From Nemertoderma westbladi (Eukaryota; Animalia; Xenacoelomorpha), in contig JAUCBJ010004291.1 in the NCBI GenBank assembly GCA_032718475.1, positions 1 to 64,000 on the forward strand: a stretch of DNA of 64,000 nucleotides. Reading direction: 5' to 3'. A model generated the notes under the pieces. That model saw only the letters and a list, made by a program, of their open reading frames with translations. It had not been told where the DNA came from and made no database searches. Within the stretch, counting starts at the first letter, position 1. The number at the start of each line of letters is the position of its first letter. The position numbers and the translations under genes were made by a program. Positions 58,661-64,000 of the stretch are shown one piece after another.

Positions 58661-61406
58661 TTGTTTTTTATTTCCTTATCAGTAAATCCCAGAAAAGGGT
58701 TAGTTTAATTAGAACCTGCCATATCACGTACAAACAAGAATCAATGCTTAGTAAATAATGTTAGTTATAATTTCCTCAGCTGATGGCATATATTATATTA
58801 AATACCGGTATTTACCTTTCTGCAGAATGTAATCAGACACCGACAGACACCTTTCCCTTTATACTTGATTGGTTTTGGCATAAGCAATGGAACTAGAAAA
58901 CCAGCAAGTTGGCTATAAGAAGACCGTCTATAAGACAACAAAATCGAAAAACTAAATGATAATCTCAATCCCCAATAAAATATCAATCGCAATCAATATG
59001 TAAACCTCTCCCACCCTCCAAGCAGCCTTGGAGAAAGCAGAATTAATGTCATGACCAGTTCGGAGTTCTCAACAGACAACCCACCCCAACCATTGGATTG
59101 ACTGAGACACACTCAACACTCCAGCCAGCTTGCTACCTGTCTTCCCAGGTAGCTAGAGTTAAATATTTATACAACGTTGCTATGATACAGAGAAAATCCT
59201 TCCCCATGCACTACCATAGGCAAAGTTGACTCTGGGTGAGGGAATGTTACATATTTATACACTATTTAATTTTTATTCAATAAATAATCATACATCTTTA
59301 TATTAAACACTCGAATAAAAAAAAATTGTTAGAATGGGACACAGCGAATCGACCTGTGTTATTTTTATACAGCATGAGCTTAATTTTAACCGCTTAAATA
59401 ATTAATAACCGAAATAAGAACCCAAATAATCGATACAGTTATTTGTATAGTTGGCCACGAAGTAGAGCACTTCTTACCCTTCCAAGCCAATATCATACAT
59501 ACATACATACAGACAGACAAACACACACACAAACAGACATTTTTTTGACAGCAGGAAGCCCTGATGGTCTTCTAAGTAATTATTTAAAAAACCCACCACA
59601 CAAGAATGTATCAGAAAGCAGATGGTTTTTGGAGAAACAAAATGGCGCTTTCCTATTGGTCAGTCTATTGGTACATAAAGGGTTTTCCCATATCATAATT
59701 TTAACATAGCTCATATATAAATAACGAAAACTATCGAAATGTAGATAGAAGGTTTTGTGGATTATTGTAAATTATGTGAAAAGATTCTCATTATCCTAAC
59801 CCCAAAACAAACTGTACATAGTTAGATTGTTTTGGCATGTAAAATTATACAAATAAGTTACACATTATATACGGGTGAACACTAAATACGGGTGAACAGT
59901 TTTGGCACACATTTGTGAAAGCAGATATTGACTTTGAGGGTTTTGGCAAATAAATATTTTCTCAGGACTTCATTTTCTCGCCTCGCGACTTAGCTAGAAA
60001 GATGCGCTTCGTTATCCTAATTCTAAATATATCCATAACTCATATTGGGAAAAAAATTAGACTTTGACGGTTTTGGCATGTAAGGGCAGTACTGTAAGAC
60101 AATGCAATAGATAAGTGTAGGCCTGCCGTACCGTGACCGTACGTGACGTAAAATTAGACTTAATTTGCTAAACCTGATATAATTTAATTATTTATATATT
60201 ACACCTTTAAACTTACTGTGTGCACACTTATATTACATTTTTTTACATTTTAAGAGTATTTTGGACACCACTTGGGCCTTATATGTCCTTTTAACCAAGG
60301 CATATATTTAAGCGCTGATCTGCTAATCATACATCTGACATCTGTTTGTTGTGCTAAAGCTACACTATTTAGGACAAACTAGGTATTTTGTTGTGTTATG
60401 ACATTAGACTGGATGACATTCAGTCTGTACAAGTACTCGTACTGTCTCAACAGTCTTTTTTCTTAGTTGCAACAGCAAGCAAAGTCGTTTGTTCATTTTC
60501 CATCCATGACGTTCCATCTGTGACGAATTTAACAGTTTTGGCCCTGAAAGCCCTAAGACTCAAAAATCGAAAAATGTTGTCAATAAGTTTGGAGGACACT
60601 ATCGTTATGAACACATGTGCCAAATTTCGAGTCATTTCATTAAGATATGAACGAGTAGTACCAGAAAGGCCCATTTGGCCAGAGTAATGTCCATTTTTTA
60701 AAAATATGTGGTTTTCATTTTTTATCATTAAGTACATTCGTTTAGTACATTCGTTAATTACATTAGTAGTTCTTTCTGTACATTCTTACAGGCACAATTG
60801 AGCAATAAGTTTTGAGCCATTTAAATGTAATACGAAGTTACAAACACAAAAAAAAATTACGTTTAATTTTGAAATTTCAATTAATTCGATTCATAATAAC
60901 TTTGATTTTTCTAACCGAAATATAACCGAAATAATAATTTTTAAATGACTATATCTTCTTTAGAAGGTTTAGAAGGTAATGTGTACATTGCTGGTTTGCA
61001 CATATCTGGCAGTGATAAATATGATTTTATGGTTTGATTGCTAAATGTGGAATTTTTTTCCGTCAGTGACGTTCAGTCCATGACGCTGGACAGCTGTTAA
61101 TCAAACTAACCTAAAATTAGAACAAATCATTATACGCTCTCCATTTTTGGCCCAAACTGATCCTGAGATATGTCGGATACTAAATGTATAACAAATCACA
61201 TGGAAAGAGTCACAATTCGCAGGAATATTGAGTGAAAGTTGAAGTACAGGTAAGAGATGAATTCTCTGTTCCGTCCGTGACTCTGTCTAATTTTGGTCAC
61301 TGTACTTCAATAGAAAGCCAGGTCTCAACTTTTTTATGTGATTCATATACAGGGTCACTAGTGCTTCACTGAGAGTGAGTATGAGAATTGTATATGGTAC
61401 ACATAG

Positions 61407-63430
61407 GATAGGAGGACAACAAATAATGTGCTCCAAATTCCATCCACGACGCTTACAACACTTTCCAACCCTGCCCAACAGCAGATCGGAGGACCAGAGC
61501 AGGATAATGAGGGCTGTTGTGAAGACGGTGAACTAAATAATATAGCTGATGAAGAAGAAGACGAAACTGGTGTGGATGAAGGGACGATTCCCATTCAATC
61601 TCTTGTTGGTGAACAAAGGTGTGGTGCTTTCAAACGCCGAAAATGTTTGCCAGTGCACTTACTAGATACTGCTCTAGATCCTTCAAATTACTACACAGTA
61701 GAAAATAGTACCGATAGAGAAAGTCGAATGCACTACACAGTTAAAGAAAAAAATAAAATAGTCATAGTCATAGTAACAACGTGGTCGGGGGTGGGGGGGG
61801 GGGGGGGGGGTTGTATATTTTTAAATTATATAAGTTATACCATAATTTTACAGTCCCTTCACTGCTAAACTCCACCTTACTTTATTTAACTATGTTACAT
61901 TAGGCACCTACGACCACCAGAGAAATCAAACTGCATTTATTTATCTGCTACTGTATACTTAATTTTATTTTAGAGGTGATTTTTTGACTGTTGACGAAAC
62001 GTTGTATCCAAAGAGAGTAGAAACGTAATTAAAAGACTATAACCCCAATAAACCAGCAAAGTTGTTGCGCTCAATCAATGAAGTTCGGGCTCAAATTACT
62101 TATGCTGCTCATTTCTACAGTGGTAAACCAGCGGAGGACAATGAACACTATATAAAGGGGAACGATAATGTCGTGATACATCTATCTTGTTGATAGTCTA
62201 CACAAGCATGTAGATATAAAGGGTCGCAACATTAGTACCGACCGTTTATACACATCCATTCCACTAGCTGGAAAAGAACCCTGCTTGAAAAGAACATTAA
62301 CATCATTGGTACGCTGATGTCTAATAGGAAAGGTATACCATCGGACATTAAAAAGGCTCAAACCAGGAATTATTTGACACCAAGGTTATTTATGAACTCG
62401 ACAATAAAAAAATATATCTTTCATCGTATGTGGTGAAAGTACAGAGCAAAGATAAGAAGCACAATGCTCTATTACTACTGACAATGCCCCCAATGTTAAT
62501 GCACACGAAAGATGGAAAGAAGAAATACGGGCATGATAAGGTTTACGATTATACCAAAGGTGGAACAGGTATAATGGACTAACGCCGAGGGCAAGGAAGC
62601 TTAACAAATAAAACAAACTCGAGAAAGTGGATGATGACTGCGAATGCCTACATGCTTGGCACAAGTTGCGTTAACGCACAGACTGTATGGGTGTTCAATA
62701 ATAACAGAAACCCTAGATCGAAAAAGGTTTGTCTGAAATGTTTTATTTATATACATATACATGTGCATTACTACCATTGTCAGTGCTTCAATATATGGCG
62801 GTTCGTTTTTCATAAAATAAAGGTCAGTTTTTTAAAGTAAGTAAAAATACCTGATAATGCTGACTTTGATTAAATACGCGCAGCGGAAGTTTGACGAAAT
62901 TTTGTCAATATTTACTTTTATGTACTGTATGTATACATTTGTATGTAAATGAGAGGGTAGCGATCTCCGATCTATAAGAACTTGGTAACTTAGGAATTTA
63001 GTATGGTTACAAGTATATTCAAATACACATAAGTCGATTATACGCATAGTTATAAGGCCACATATTTGCCCTTGAGAAAAAAATAATTGAAATCATATAC
63101 ATTATTATATTTGTAACTTATAATTTTGTTCTCCAGGTAAAGTCATATCGATTTATTTGGGAGCTGGTTCCACACGAACAGGACTAGACCTCACGATAAG
63201 ATCCCAGATGGCGATTATCTTGGGTGAAGCCGTTGGAACTACTGACTTGTCCAACTCATTACTACCATCAGCAACCGCCGCTTTCTCAATGCGCGTGGAG
63301 AAGCTTGAATGTCACTGCTGGGAAAATACCAACAAACGAAAAGTCCAGCAAAACTTGAAGAAAGTCCGTAATCAGTGCACTAAAATGTTGTAACCCTTCA
63401 TGCATGGACCACAGTGAACACTTATGTTCA
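61407..63430 (+). pseudogene. piggyBac-type transposase pseudogene with probable introns
   Basis: Acidic N-terminus, DFLTVDETLYP, YNPNKPAK, GRNISTDRLYTSIPLA, IGTLMSNRKGIP, TKGGT and RKWMM..AYML..SCVNA, plus a Cys-rich C-terminus. A GT-AG insert at 62727-63136 joins NPRSKK to VKSYRFIWELV. TIRs were not identified. Confidence 0.8.
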
Positions 63431-64000
63431 TTCAGCTATTCTGGTGCTGCCAATTGATCACAGATTAAATCAGAATAGTAATCACAGATTTGAGATTTAG
63501 ACATTTCAAACACTCGTTTTCCAAACGTTTTAATATTTGGTTATTTTTTAACACTTGTTCATAATTTTTGAGCAATTTCATAGTATCTATACTGAAACTT
63601 AACAATCCATACAATTTGTTGCATTATAGCCATGTTACAGGGGGGAGGGGGTGGGGTGGTGGACGCAAATCCCATCTCAGCGAATTAATATCTAATCTCA
63701 ATTTATTGTACACAAAGCAATAAACTATTGTCAATGTGCTTAATGTGATGTAGAGGGATGAATTTTAATTGCGTCCAATGTCACCCCCCCCCCCCATCTG
63801 ATCGCTGTATATGATATTATTTTCTGATACACCTGTTTTTTTATTGTTGTCAGTTTTATTACTCTTTTGTCCGTACTTATCATTTTGAATTAGTAAATAC
63901 TATTTCGAATTTGCACATATGTATTGGCTTTAGTTACTTTGCGCAGTTGGTTTATACGTAGTTATATGGTAATGTGTTATAATGCCTGAATTCCAGAACA

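Overview
AT-rich eukaryotic, most likely invertebrate, genomic DNA made almost entirely of transposable elements and their remnants. No intact host gene was recognised; there are only a few exon-like pieces with a PTB-domain flavour at ~19.2-20.5 kb. Retroelements: RTE-clade LINE copies with (TAG)n tails, RTE-X/L2-like LINE fragments, a solo LTR, a decayed CRE-clade retrotransposon with an N-terminal Ulp1 protease, a circularly permuted LTR-less Gypsy piece, and a very young 12.26-kb BEL/Pao-derived LTR element (1207-bp LTRs, ATAGC TSD) encoding essentially Gag-protease only. DNA elements and repeats: nested Mutator-like elements, an IS3EU-like element, a piggyBac pseudogene with apparent introns, and a 7.9-kb 24-bp satellite grown out of a MULE/SWIM coding region. 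Most striking signal: the BEL/Pao element has no tRNA primer-binding site. Instead, the 12 nt directly after the 5' LTR are the perfect reverse complement of a 12-mer inside the LTR. That is the geometry of Tf1-type self-primed reverse transcription, which I know only from Ty3/Gypsy chromoviruses. All calls are from reading the sequence by eye; no searches were run.
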